Notes under the pieces: generated by a model
Told to the model about the DNA's origin: nothing
The model's input: only the letters and a program-made list of their open reading frames with translations
Databases searched by the model: none
Position numbers and translations under genes: made by a program
Assembly (NCBI GenBank): GCA_034670025.1
Contig: JAXMOE010000001.1
Span: 229,889 to 293,888, forward strand
Reading direction: 5' to 3'
Length of the DNA stretch: 64,000 nt
Source: Chlorobiota bacterium
GTDB taxonomy: Bacteria; Bacteroidota; Ignavibacteria; Kapaibacteriales; UBA2268
Shown here: one piece after another, positions 47,807 to 56,915 of the stretch
Position numbering within the stretch: position 1 is the stretch's first letter
How the letters are laid out: each line of letters opens with the position of its first letter

Positions 47807-48939
47807 TCTGTTACCTCAGGTTTCTTACCTTTCTTAAATTTCATTGTAGCTGACTTACGTTTTTTAAAGTCCCCTCTAATAGCACAGTCACATAAGAACT
47901 TCCAACTACAACCAGTCTCGTGATGCGGTTTGCTATCTGGGATTTTGTCATTAGTGTCCTTGTAGTGTAGTCTGATAGAGTCATTTATACCTTTCTGAAC
48001 TATTGACTTGTAAGGCTCTTCATATCCAGTCATTATTACCTCATAGTAATCTTCCCATTTGTCGTAAGCAGGAGGTAATACTTTTCCTGTATATAATCCA
48101 ACATTCGAGTACCTAAGGGCAGTTCTCGCTCCTCTTACTCTATCTTGCATCTTCCCCCAAAGTGCGTGGTCTATTAATTGGTATTCTCCAATCCCCCGAA
48201 GTGGCTCTTCACCAAAAGCATTACTTACTCTTTGTTTCAAGAACCTATTATGATAACCTGGTATCTTATCCAAAGCATCGTAATATCTATTATAATCCCA
48301 ATTGAATTTTTGAATCCCAGACCAAACATCTTCACTAGTCCAATCATAGACAGGGTGAGCTATATGAATATTCCCATATCGATGTGCAATGTAATTATCT
48401 GACTTCTTTCTAAGGACAGCCATTCTTCTTCTTAAACTTTCCTGAGCTCTAATTCCAGTTAGAAAGCAAACATTACCATTGAAGTCCTGATACATCTCAT
48501 CACAGAATTGTGGCATTGTTAGACCAGGTTTAAATCTTCTATGAGTTGTGATTGCATTTTCTGGCATATCTCTACACCATAACGGTTTCTTAGATGGTTC
48601 CCAAGGATACCACCACGGCTCATTATTACTACAAGCGTTTCTATGCTTAACAGGAATGCAATACCATTTGAAATCAATATCAGGATTGTTGGATATTCTT
48701 TCTACATACTCAATAGTCTGACTTGTAATTGCTTCTTCATCAATATATACAACCTCTAAGGGCAACTGCTTAAGCTCTTTTGCAACGACAAGAGCAAGGT
48801 TTAACACAACCGTAGAATCTTTTCCACCAGAAAAAGATACTACTACCTTGTCAAATCTATTGAAGCAATCTCTTATTCTTAGCCTTGATTCATCTAATAC
48901 ATTGGTTGTATAGACGATTTGCTTATGTGATAAACCCAT
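47803..48939 (-). CDS. PAPS reductase-like PP-loop ATPase (IbrA/DUF3440-like)
   Basis: PP-loop VVSFSGGKDSTV. C-terminal Cys cluster (CSWKFLCDC). Confidence 0.65.
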   Translation of the reverse strand: MGLSHKQIVYTTNVLDESRLRIRDCFNRFDKVVVSFSGGKDSTVVLNLALVVAKELKQLPLEVVYIDEEAITSQTIEYVERISNNPDIDFKWYCIPVKHRNACSNNEPWWYPWEPSKKPLWCRDMPENAITTHRRFKPGLTMPQFCDEMYQDFNGNVCFLTGIRAQESLRRRMAVLRKKSDNYIAHRYGNIHIAHPVYDWTSEDVWSGIQKFNWDYNRYYDALDKIPGYHNRFLKQRVSNAFGEEPLRGIGEYQLIDHALWGKMQDRVRGARTALRYSNVGLYTGKVLPPAYDKWEDYYEVIMTGYEEPYKSIVQKGINDSIRLHYKDTNDKIPDSKPHHETGCSWKFLCDCAIRGDFKKRKSATMKFKKGKKPEVTE

Positions 48940-49811
48940 TATCCTACCTCATCTAAAAATTGTTTAGCAGTTGTTATAAGTGTAGATGCAAATTCAACAG
49001 TCTTTGGCTCAAATTCATATATCTCAGCCCAAGTATGTTTAAATGTGTTGTCTTTAATATCTTGCGAATGTCTTTTACGTCTAGCCCAAGGGTGAGTGCC
49101 TAAATAGAATGGTCTTTTCAAGTTATAAAAAGGGGGCAACTCCAAATTGTAATAATGTATCAAAGCCAAAACTTCTTCATGCGACCAATCAGAAATAGGA
49201 GAGTATCTTGTTATTCCTTTAGCGTTAGTGTAAATATTACTACCACCTGTACCAACATAATTATTGTCCGCCGTCCTTCTTCCCAAAAGGATAATATCTA
49301 ATTCATATTCTTTAAAGTAAATATCCTGTGCTCTTTGTTGCACTTGTCTATACCATATAGAACCGTACTTAGAGTTATCAGGGAAAAGCATTTCAGGATG
49401 ATTAGATAACCATTCTAAGTCTTGTCCAGTGTTGATTATCGAAATATCCATTGGGGAATTAGAATTCAGCCAATCCAAAAAGAATGAATACTCAAGATTA
49501 GTCAAGCCAATCATAGATTTTTTAATACCAACAATATCAGTTATGTACTTCAATGTAATTGAGTCTTTCCCACCGCTCCAAGCAATGGCTACGTTCTTAT
49601 CATGAACAATTCTTATCATTTCATTTGCAGTTTCTTCAATTCTCCTATCAATATGGTCTTTGCTAACAAACTCTTGAGGGTTGTTGAACACCGCTAAGAA
49701 TTTATCTCTTTCGTCTTGTGACTTCAATTGGGCTTTCCTTGGTAATACTTTTCTATTCATATCACACCGTCCTAATGTCTTTAAGGTTCTTAGCAGATAC
49801 ACCATTGACAA
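48939..49811 (-). CDS. PAPS reductase-like PP-loop ATPase (second copy)
   Basis: PP-loop IAWSGGKDSIT. Confidence 0.6.
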   Translation of the reverse strand: MSMVYLLRTLKTLGRCDMNRKVLPRKAQLKSQDERDKFLAVFNNPQEFVSKDHIDRRIEETANEMIRIVHDKNVAIAWSGGKDSITLKYITDIVGIKKSMIGLTNLEYSFFLDWLNSNSPMDISIINTGQDLEWLSNHPEMLFPDNSKYGSIWYRQVQQRAQDIYFKEYELDIILLGRRTADNNYVGTGGSNIYTNAKGITRYSPISDWSHEEVLALIHYYNLELPPFYNLKRPFYLGTHPWARRKRHSQDIKDNTFKHTWAEIYEFEPKTVEFASTLITTAKQFLDEVG

Positions 49812-50508
49812 TAGTTCTATTAATCATTGGGTGCTCTTCATCTACTGGACCATAGTCCGATGTCGGATGAAAAGCAACTACTCTCATTTCGTCAGTTGTA
49901 GTCTCAAAAGAGTGCGTACCAGTCAATGCGTATATTCCACCTTGTTGTTTTTTCTTCCCCTCTTCGTGAATGATAAATACCTGCCCTGGTACTAAATCAA
50001 TCTTTCCCCATGGTGTGATGCACTTACCTTTTCCGCTCACTATCATACCAACTCTTTTGTCAGGATGGGTATGTTGTGTCTGTGATATTCCTTTTGGGAA
50101 GTATAAAAGATTAAAACAAGGATTTCCTTTCATTACTGGTGGTATCAAAAGTGAATCTGTGCAACCATCAATATATTTTAATCTCCCTTTGTGTTCTAAC
50201 TTTCCACCTATGTGGAAGAAGCCATTGTATTTTATACTCTGTATAACTATACCATTTCCACCGATTACTTCTACCTTATTAGGTACGGAAGCGTACATTT
50301 CGGACTTCAATGTAAATTCTCCTTCCTCTGTTTTAATCAAAGCTTCTCCGCTGTGATTAAATATAAAGAAAGTGTCTCCCTCCGATTCTAATGCTAACGG
50401 TTTGCTCTCAACATAACCGAATAGTTTCGTAGGGTTCTTATTGTCTGAATCATTAAACAGTAATTCTGTTTTTGTTAATTCAAACGGACTGTAGCTTGGA
50501 TTCATCAT
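49762..50508 (-). CDS. cupin-fold protein
   Basis: HTHPD...G metal-site-like motif and beta-rich composition. 248 aa. Confidence 0.45.
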   Translation of the reverse strand: MMNPSYSPFELTKTELLFNDSDNKNPTKLFGYVESKPLALESEGDTFFIFNHSGEALIKTEEGEFTLKSEMYASVPNKVEVIGGNGIVIQSIKYNGFFHIGGKLEHKGRLKYIDGCTDSLLIPPVMKGNPCFNLLYFPKGISQTQHTHPDKRVGMIVSGKGKCITPWGKIDLVPGQVFIIHEEGKKKQQGGIYALTGTHSFETTTDEMRVVAFHPTSDYGPVDEEHPMINRTIVNGVSAKNLKDIRTV

Positions 50509-51169
50509 AATGCTCCATAATTTTAATTAAACATTCAGGAGTGCTATTGGAATTGATAACACTCTTTGCTCTATTTATAATATCTGTAATTTTTGCTCTG
50601 TCTTTTTCTTTCATCAAACAACTGAAAAGTACATTGTCATCCTCAGTAATTTTTAATTTGTTTTCCTTATCCTTGTCATCGGGGTAGCTTTTCTCGACTT
50701 CATCAGGGAAGTTCATATCTGGGACATCAACTTCTTTTGATAGTTCAATCATTGATTTATCGACTGTATCCATATCATTCATCTTCTGGAATATTGCCAA
50801 ATGATCTTCATTATTTCCTAGCTCTACTATCTCTGTAGGGGAAAATAGTTTTGCCAATTTTTCTTCATTCCACTTCCCTGCAATATTTTGATTTAGTCTA
50901 TAATTCAGTCTTTTGAACTGCTCGTAGTTTAGCTTTTTGGTCGATCTCTTGATGTCAACTTCCTTGTCTCCGAGCTCAATTAGACATTCTAAAGTTTTGT
51001 GACCACCACAAATTGTATAGTTTTTATTCGTGACTATCACACCTGCAAACCCAAATTCATTGAAGCTTTCCTTCAAGTATTTGACGTTTTCTTCATCCGT
51101 ATCTCGTGGATTGTCTTTCCACGGTTTGAGCTTTTCTATACTAACTCTTTCCGTTACCCACTTAATCAT
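50480..51169 (-). CDS. ParB-like nuclease domain protein (second IbrB-like)
   Basis: KLKPWKDNPR (ParB box II NPR) and a GGH motif. Confidence 0.65.
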   Translation of the reverse strand: MIKWVTERVSIEKLKPWKDNPRDTDEENVKYLKESFNEFGFAGVIVTNKNYTICGGHKTLECLIELGDKEVDIKRSTKKLNYEQFKRLNYRLNQNIAGKWNEEKLAKLFSPTEIVELGNNEDHLAIFQKMNDMDTVDKSMIELSKEVDVPDMNFPDEVEKSYPDDKDKENKLKITEDDNVLFSCLMKEKDRAKITDIINRAKSVINSNSTPECLIKIMEHYDESKLQSV

Positions 51170-51344
51170 ATCTCACCTTTTATTTTATGAACTGTAGCAA
51201 TAGTTAGCAATTTAATAATCAATGTTCGCAAACCTCTTTGTTGTCAGCGTTGCAAACTGCAAAGCAGACAGCATTGCTATTGTGTTGGCAGTCTTTATTG
51301 TGGCGTGGAGTGGCTATATCTGAAATTGCATATATCAAATAATA

Positions 51345-52445
51345 ATGGATTACAATATGTGGATTACAGTATTTAAAGCAGGAACTCATAAAAACAACGC
51401 TGGTGTAGAGCAAGAATACACAGAAGCGGATTTACATGAGATTGCGAATACATACAATAATCAGCCTGTTAATGATAAGCATACAGCTCCTTTAGTACCA
51501 GGAGACCATGAGAAGATTCATTTCTCCGATGGTGAATTGATGATTAAACCAAGTATGGGTTGGGTAGAAAAGTTAAAAGTGGATGGGCAAAATCTACTTG
51601 CTAAGATTGACCCAACAGCGAAATTTACAGAAGCTGTCAAAGGTAAGTATTACCAGAAACTCTCAATATCTGTAAAGGCTAATAAGCTATTAGACCACAT
51701 TGCTTTGCTCGGCTCAGTAAAGCCTGCACTTAAAGGTTTACCTGATATGCAATCCTCTTTTACTATGAATGTAAAAGATTTAAGTGATGTCGATTCTTAT
51801 GAATTTTCAGCCGAAGAGCCTGCTTCACCGAAGAAAGAAGAGCCAAAACCTAAAGATAATTACGAAGAACCAAAACCAAATTTAAACAATAACCAAACAG
51901 GTGAAATAATGTTAATGACATTAGATACAGTAAAAATGATTGAATGGGTGAAAGCTGAATTCGGTGATGAAACAGCTACAAAAATGCAAGAAAAACTTCC
52001 AGAATTCAAAGGTAAGGAAGAAGAGCCGAAAGAAGGAGAAGAACCTAAGCCAGCCGAAGAGCCAAAGCCACAAGGTGATTTCTCCGAGAAGAGCAACAAA
52101 GAGTTGACAGCAATGCAAAACAAAATTGATGCTTTAGAAGCTAAAAACAGAATGCACGAATTTAGTGAGTTCCATGGGACTACTAATGTACCAGTTGGTT
52201 TAAAAGCTACTGCACTCAACGTGTTGGAAATAGCTCACAACGCTGAAACTTCTAACTTCTCAGTTCAGGATGAGAACGGCAAGGATAATACTCCTACTGC
52301 AGTCGTGAAGTCATTTATGAAAGCGTGGCCAGAATCGGTTAAGCTTGGAGAAAGTGAAGATGTCAACGGTTCTAATTTCTCTGAACCTGGTAAAGCGGAA
52401 GAAATTTCTTCTGCGACTGAATCTTTTAACAAGAAAAGAAAATAA
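51345..52445 (+). CDS. putative prohead protease/scaffold protein (Mu gpI-like position)
   Basis: 366 aa. C-terminal PK/E-rich scaffold-like repeats (EEPKPK...). Precedes the decoration-like and capsid genes. Confidence 0.4.
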   Translation: MDYNMWITVFKAGTHKNNAGVEQEYTEADLHEIANTYNNQPVNDKHTAPLVPGDHEKIHFSDGELMIKPSMGWVEKLKVDGQNLLAKIDPTAKFTEAVKGKYYQKLSISVKANKLLDHIALLGSVKPALKGLPDMQSSFTMNVKDLSDVDSYEFSAEEPASPKKEEPKPKDNYEEPKPNLNNNQTGEIMLMTLDTVKMIEWVKAEFGDETATKMQEKLPEFKGKEEEPKEGEEPKPAEEPKPQGDFSEKSNKELTAMQNKIDALEAKNRMHEFSEFHGTTNVPVGLKATALNVLEIAHNAETSNFSVQDENGKDNTPTAVVKSFMKAWPESVKLGESEDVNGSNFSEPGKAEEISSATESFNKKRK

Positions 52446-52478
52446 AATAAAAATTAATTTTTAAATGGAGGTCTCATT

Positions 52479-52850
52479 ATGGGACAAAATGATTTAGGTG
52501 TATCTCAAGTAGATTCACAATCAATAGAAGACATTATAGCTGGAGACGAACTCACTCCTATTAGTGTTCCTGCTGTTTTAACAGCAGGAACTACTTATAA
52601 GAGAGGGCAAGTTTTAGCACTTAATTCAAGTACAAATAAGTATGTGAAATTTGATGCTGACGGCTCTAATGGAACTGATAAGATTGACGGCATTTCAGTT
52701 GAAGATGTTGACGCTTCTTCTGCTGACGTAAAATCAACTGCATACATTATCGGAATATTCAATAAAGCTGCCTTAGTAACTGCTGAAACATTCTCAGCAG
52801 GAGTTCACAACTCAAACGGTTTAATCATTATTAAGGAGCTAGAAGACTAA
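52479..52850 (+). CDS. putative head decoration protein
   Basis: 123 aa, between the scaffold and major capsid genes (lambda D position). Confidence 0.35.
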   Translation: MGQNDLGVSQVDSQSIEDIIAGDELTPISVPAVLTAGTTYKRGQVLALNSSTNKYVKFDADGSNGTDKIDGISVEDVDASSADVKSTAYIIGIFNKAALVTAETFSAGVHNSNGLIIIKELED

Positions 52851-52851
52851 G

Positions 52852-53910
52852 ATGGCTATAAGTTTATATGATTCACGATCGTTGACCGCAGCAGTCAACA
52901 AAATTATCCCATTAAATACTCAACTATTTCAATTGTTGGGTTTCAAGAATGAAGTGCATAGCACAGATTTCATTGATTGGGAAGTAATTTCAGATGAAAG
53001 AAGAATTGCTCAATTCGTTGCTCGTGATGCTTCCGAGGCAAAACCAGTAAGCAAGAGCAGTAGAACAGTTAACTCCATTAGAATCCCAAGAACTTGGGAG
53101 AAAATGGTTTTCACAGCACAGCAACTTAAAGACATCAACGAGCTTGGTAATCTTTATGGAGCTTCTGCTAAAGAAAAAGACGATGCAGTCAACGAAAGAA
53201 TACTTGAAGAAGTTGATAGACTTCATGCAAGAGCTGTTAGAAGAAGATTGCAGATGTTGGCATCTACACTGGATACTGGCAAAATTGTAATTGATCAAGA
53301 CGATTATCAAGCGACAATTGAATCAGGTATGGTTACAAATACACTTGCCAATGGCGGTCACATTGTTGACGTTTCTGGCTCTGTGGATTGGTCATCTTCT
53401 ACCTCTTCAATCGACACACTTGTTCACCAAATGAGACAAACAATGTCCAAACGTGGTAAGCAAGCGAAAGTATGTATTATGGGAACAGAAGCTTCTGTTG
53501 GCTTTATGGCTAATGAGAAAGTTAGAAAAGTGTTAGACAATAACAATGTCCAAGCAGGTAGATTAAGTTTGAACTCTGCACAAGATTCATCTTTAATACC
53601 AATTGGTTCATTCTACGGTATTGACTTCTACGAGTTCTCAGAAGAATACAAGAACGACGCAGGGAACATTGTACCAATGATTGGCTCGAAGAAAGCAATT
53701 TTTGTTGACCCATCATCAGACAACAAGATTCATACTGCTCCTGTTCATAGAATTGAAGGTACTTCATTTGTTTCAAATCAAGCTGAATACTTCATTGATT
53801 CTTATGTAGAGAAGAAACAAACATTGACTTGGGAATTAGAACAAAAAGCTATTCCACAAATCAAAGATGTTGACTCTGTACTATCACTAACGGTAGTATC
53901 TGGAAGTTAA
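52852..53910 (+). CDS. phage major capsid protein (lambda E / Mu T-like)
   Basis: 352 aa, immediately after the decoration-like gene. Synteny protease/scaffold, decoration, capsid. Confidence 0.6.
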   Translation: MAISLYDSRSLTAAVNKIIPLNTQLFQLLGFKNEVHSTDFIDWEVISDERRIAQFVARDASEAKPVSKSSRTVNSIRIPRTWEKMVFTAQQLKDINELGNLYGASAKEKDDAVNERILEEVDRLHARAVRRRLQMLASTLDTGKIVIDQDDYQATIESGMVTNTLANGGHIVDVSGSVDWSSSTSSIDTLVHQMRQTMSKRGKQAKVCIMGTEASVGFMANEKVRKVLDNNNVQAGRLSLNSAQDSSLIPIGSFYGIDFYEFSEEYKNDAGNIVPMIGSKKAIFVDPSSDNKIHTAPVHRIEGTSFVSNQAEYFIDSYVEKKQTLTWELEQKAIPQIKDVDSVLSLTVVSGS

Positions 53911-53913
53911 TCA

Positions 53914-54345
53914 ATGTTTTGTACTGTTAACGATATCAAAACTCCTGAGGGCTTCTTAACTGAAGAAGTCCTCGCGGAGTTAACAACTGAAAAAGGTGAA
54001 GCTATTCAAGTCAGAAATGACAGGGTAGAAACACTAATAGTTGACAGAACGGCATTTATCAATAACCACTTAAGAGATAGGTATTCACTTCCAATTCAGA
54101 GTAACGAGACAATAACTAAGATTTGTGTCAAATTAGTTACCTACGATTTGAAGAAGATGAGATTAGGAACAAGGTTGAAAGCACCTTACAACAGTTTTGA
54201 AAAGGAAGCAATATCTGAGCTGAATGAGATTAAGAAAGGTTCTGTTCAATTAGATGTAGAGACTAGCAGTTCAAGACCACCTTATTCAATAGTGAAAAAC
54301 AAGAAAAGAGAATTTACAGACGAGTTACTAGGTAAAATGCCATGA
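53914..54345 (+). CDS. hypothetical head-tail joining/completion protein
   Basis: 143-aa ORF after the capsid gene. Confidence 0.35.
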   Translation: MFCTVNDIKTPEGFLTEEVLAELTTEKGEAIQVRNDRVETLIVDRTAFINNHLRDRYSLPIQSNETITKICVKLVTYDLKKMRLGTRLKAPYNSFEKEAISELNEIKKGSVQLDVETSSSRPPYSIVKNKKREFTDELLGKMP

Positions 54346-54773
54346 CAGATGAAAACGCACTTGTAGAAAAGATTATAGAGAAACTCGATGCAGAGATTAA
54401 TCCAGTGATTAGCTCTGTTAAGCAAAACAACTATAAGGTTGAAGCTTTTCCAGAAAAGCCAACGGTATATGAGCTTAATCATCCGAATGGTGCTGTATTA
54501 GTCAGAATGGGTAACTATAGACCAAGTCTTTTAAACGGTAACAAGCAAAGTGATTTTACTGATGTTGTAATAACTCTATTAGCGAATGGACTCAAAGGAG
54601 ATATAGGAGTGTATTCGCTAACAGAGATTACACGAACAGCAATGGAATCTGTATTCCATGGTGGTGGTAGGTTCTATATTACAGGAGCTACACCCCCAGA
54701 CATTTTCCAAGACGATATATGGACTAGGGATTTAACTTTTACTCTCCCTGGTGTTCATATAGTAGGTATGTGA
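54342..54773 (+). CDS. hypothetical head-tail joining/completion protein
   Basis: 143-aa ORF, overlaps the upstream gene by 4 nt. Confidence 0.35.
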   Translation: MTDENALVEKIIEKLDAEINPVISSVKQNNYKVEAFPEKPTVYELNHPNGAVLVRMGNYRPSLLNGNKQSDFTDVVITLLANGLKGDIGVYSLTEITRTAMESVFHGGGRFYITGATPPDIFQDDIWTRDLTFTLPGVHIVGM

Positions 54774-55540
54774 TTGTGTTAGAGTCAGGGCTATTAAAAG
54801 AAATAGTAATATTCTTAACTGCCTTAATCGGACTTGTTGTCGCTATAATGGGTGTTTGGAAGCTTCATAAAGAATATAAGATACGAAGTGAAGAACGGAA
54901 TAGGAAACTTGAAGAAGAGCAGAGAAAACGAAAGCGAAAGGAATTAGAAGAAGCTGAAAAAATTAGATATCAGCTTGAAGTTGAAAGGCGAAGAGTTGCC
55001 GCCTTAGAATTTAAAATAGCTTTATATGAAGCCGCCTATTTCAAAGATTTGAATAGGCAGGAATTAGAAAAACTAAAGCTCGAAATTCATGCACCTCGTG
55101 TTCTTTTACTTAGTACAGCAAATGGTGGTGGTTTGCCTAATCCATCTGGACCATTATATATAACGGCAATTGATGAAGCTCCTGATTCTGATATGCCATC
55201 AGTGCTTGAGCGTATTCAAGGTGTTAGGACTGATAAGCATTATGAGAAATTGATAATGCAGTTAATTGACAATGGCTTTGTGGAGGTTAAAACCTCCGAA
55301 CTGCCCGATTGTGTACTAAGAGATTATTACTTAAGTGATGGGATAGAGTACGCTATAGTATTTGCTGTAGCACCTTTATCGGACAAGTTTGTGTATTTGA
55401 GTGTAGCGTGGACTATTGATATGAGTAATGAGTTTGAAATGTTCAAATCATTCATCAGGGCTAGAGCAACTAACATTGAGCACAATTTGAATAAAAATTT
55501 AGTGGTTGGTCAACCAGATAAGGAAGAAAAAGATGTATAA
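54770..55540 (+). CDS. membrane-anchored coiled-coil protein (possible lysis-associated protein)
   Basis: N-terminal TM helix (IVIFLTALIGLVVAIMGVW), charged coiled-coil, globular C-terminus. Overlaps the M15 peptidase gene. Confidence 0.4.
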   Translation: MIVLESGLLKEIVIFLTALIGLVVAIMGVWKLHKEYKIRSEERNRKLEEEQRKRKRKELEEAEKIRYQLEVERRRVAALEFKIALYEAAYFKDLNRQELEKLKLEIHAPRVLLLSTANGGGLPNPSGPLYITAIDEAPDSDMPSVLERIQGVRTDKHYEKLIMQLIDNGFVEVKTSELPDCVLRDYYLSDGIEYAIVFAVAPLSDKFVYLSVAWTIDMSNEFEMFKSFIRARATNIEHNLNKNLVVGQPDKEEKDV

Positions 55541-55943
55541 ATATTCTGAAAGAAGTAGAAAAAATTACAACGAATTGCACCCTGATTTGCAGTTGATTTT
55601 AGACCATGCAATAAAGGTGGTAGATCATTCTGTAATTGAAGGACACAGACCAATTGAAGAGCAACTAATTGCATTCAATGAGGGCAATAGTAAAGTGAGG
55701 CGTGGGAAGCATAATGAACTCCCATCACTGGCAGTTGACGTGCAACCTTATCCACTATCTTCTAATAAAAGAGAAAAACGAGAGCAGTTCTATTGGTTGT
55801 GTGGTATTCTATATGGAATCGGTAAAGCTCTTTATGCAGAAGGGAAAATCACACACGATGTGAGATTTGGTGGAGATTGGGATAAAGATGGTGACATAAC
55901 AGATAATGGATTTGATGACTTATACCATTTAGAATTGATATGA
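55506..55943 (+). CDS. peptidase M15 family endolysin (L-alanyl-D-glutamate peptidase-like)
   Basis: H...KHNELPSLAVDV resembles the zinc-binding H/D residues of the VanY/M15 fold. 145 aa. Confidence 0.6.
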   Translation: MVNQIRKKKMYKYSERSRKNYNELHPDLQLILDHAIKVVDHSVIEGHRPIEEQLIAFNEGNSKVRRGKHNELPSLAVDVQPYPLSSNKREKREQFYWLCGILYGIGKALYAEGKITHDVRFGGDWDKDGDITDNGFDDLYHLELI

Positions 55944-56569
55944 TACAAATAAGCACAGCAAAAATAGTCAAACAAAAATTTAATTTAAAAAGAGGTTTTA
56001 CAATGCCAACAGCAATACAGAAGTTAGAAAACAAGTACGGAATAGACAGTCTATTAGCAATCAATAATGAAACAGAAAACATTGTCAAAGTAATAATTGA
56101 GAAGCTCTCCGATGGTTTTCAGCTTACAGATGGTTTCGCAGCATTCTCATTAATCTCACCCTTGAAAACAGTGGGTGATAATTGGGCTCAGGCAAAGTTA
56201 GAATACAGTGATTTAATTCCAACTGAAACAGCTACTGTTTTATCAGACCTTACAGAAAGAGGTCTAAAATTAGCAGGACTAGATTTAAACGATACTGGCA
56301 AGCGTGGTATTGATGACTTGATGATAGTCCTTACTTACGTTGCTGACCTATATGATTTAATCAATGACAAATTAGCAGACGGTTACCAACCAAAGGACTT
56401 AGAATCAACCCCTGAGGTAGCTCACATTATGGTGAAAATCTTTGGTCACTTAGAAGCTGTTACTCTTGACGTAAAAGACTTGAGCGGAAGAGAATACTCA
56501 GAAGCAGTTCACTACTTAGCTTTGAGAATACATAGTGCATTAGCAAAACCGAGATTGCAAAGTGCCTAA
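55940..56569 (+). CDS. hypothetical structural protein
   Basis: 209-aa ORF. Confidence 0.4.
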   Translation: MIQISTAKIVKQKFNLKRGFTMPTAIQKLENKYGIDSLLAINNETENIVKVIIEKLSDGFQLTDGFAAFSLISPLKTVGDNWAQAKLEYSDLIPTETATVLSDLTERGLKLAGLDLNDTGKRGIDDLMIVLTYVADLYDLINDKLADGYQPKDLESTPEVAHIMVKIFGHLEAVTLDVKDLSGREYSEAVHYLALRIHSALAKPRLQSA

Positions 56570-56807
56570 GTGGTTAAACATAATATGGGTACTCCTGCCT
56601 AAAAAGTACATTGGACGATTAGTCTTAGATGGTTTGATGTACTTAGCATTGCAAACTGAAACAAAAATTGATGATGAATTTTTAATGAATGTAGAAAAAT
56701 GGCTAATCAAAGAAGGTATTTTAGACCCCAAGACGGTGGAGACTATCAAAACGAAGCATCAAAAGGGTATAAAGAAAACAAAGATTTCGACGACCGACCA
56801 GACGTAG
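56562..56807 (+). CDS. hypothetical small protein; overlaps a -1 frame ORF (56699..56947)
   Basis: 81-aa ORF. The overlapping 82-aa ORF starts inside it. Confidence 0.3.
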   Translation: MPKWLNIIWVLLPKKYIGRLVLDGLMYLALQTETKIDDEFLMNVEKWLIKEGILDPKTVETIKTKHQKGIKKTKISTTDQT

Positions 56808-56915
56808 GTCAAAAAGGCATAACAATCAAATGGTCTTGGATTAAGGAACTATATAATTTCCTAATACAAGGTAAGAAAAACAGAATTGAAAGACACAGAA
56901 AAAGGGTAGAGAAAA

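Noticed and set aside
30313-50497. Identical 14-mer AAACGGACTGTAGC at 30313 and 50484
   Set aside because: A single pair of short matches, one intergenic and one inside overlapping coding sequence. Could be chance at this window size. There is no supporting structure.
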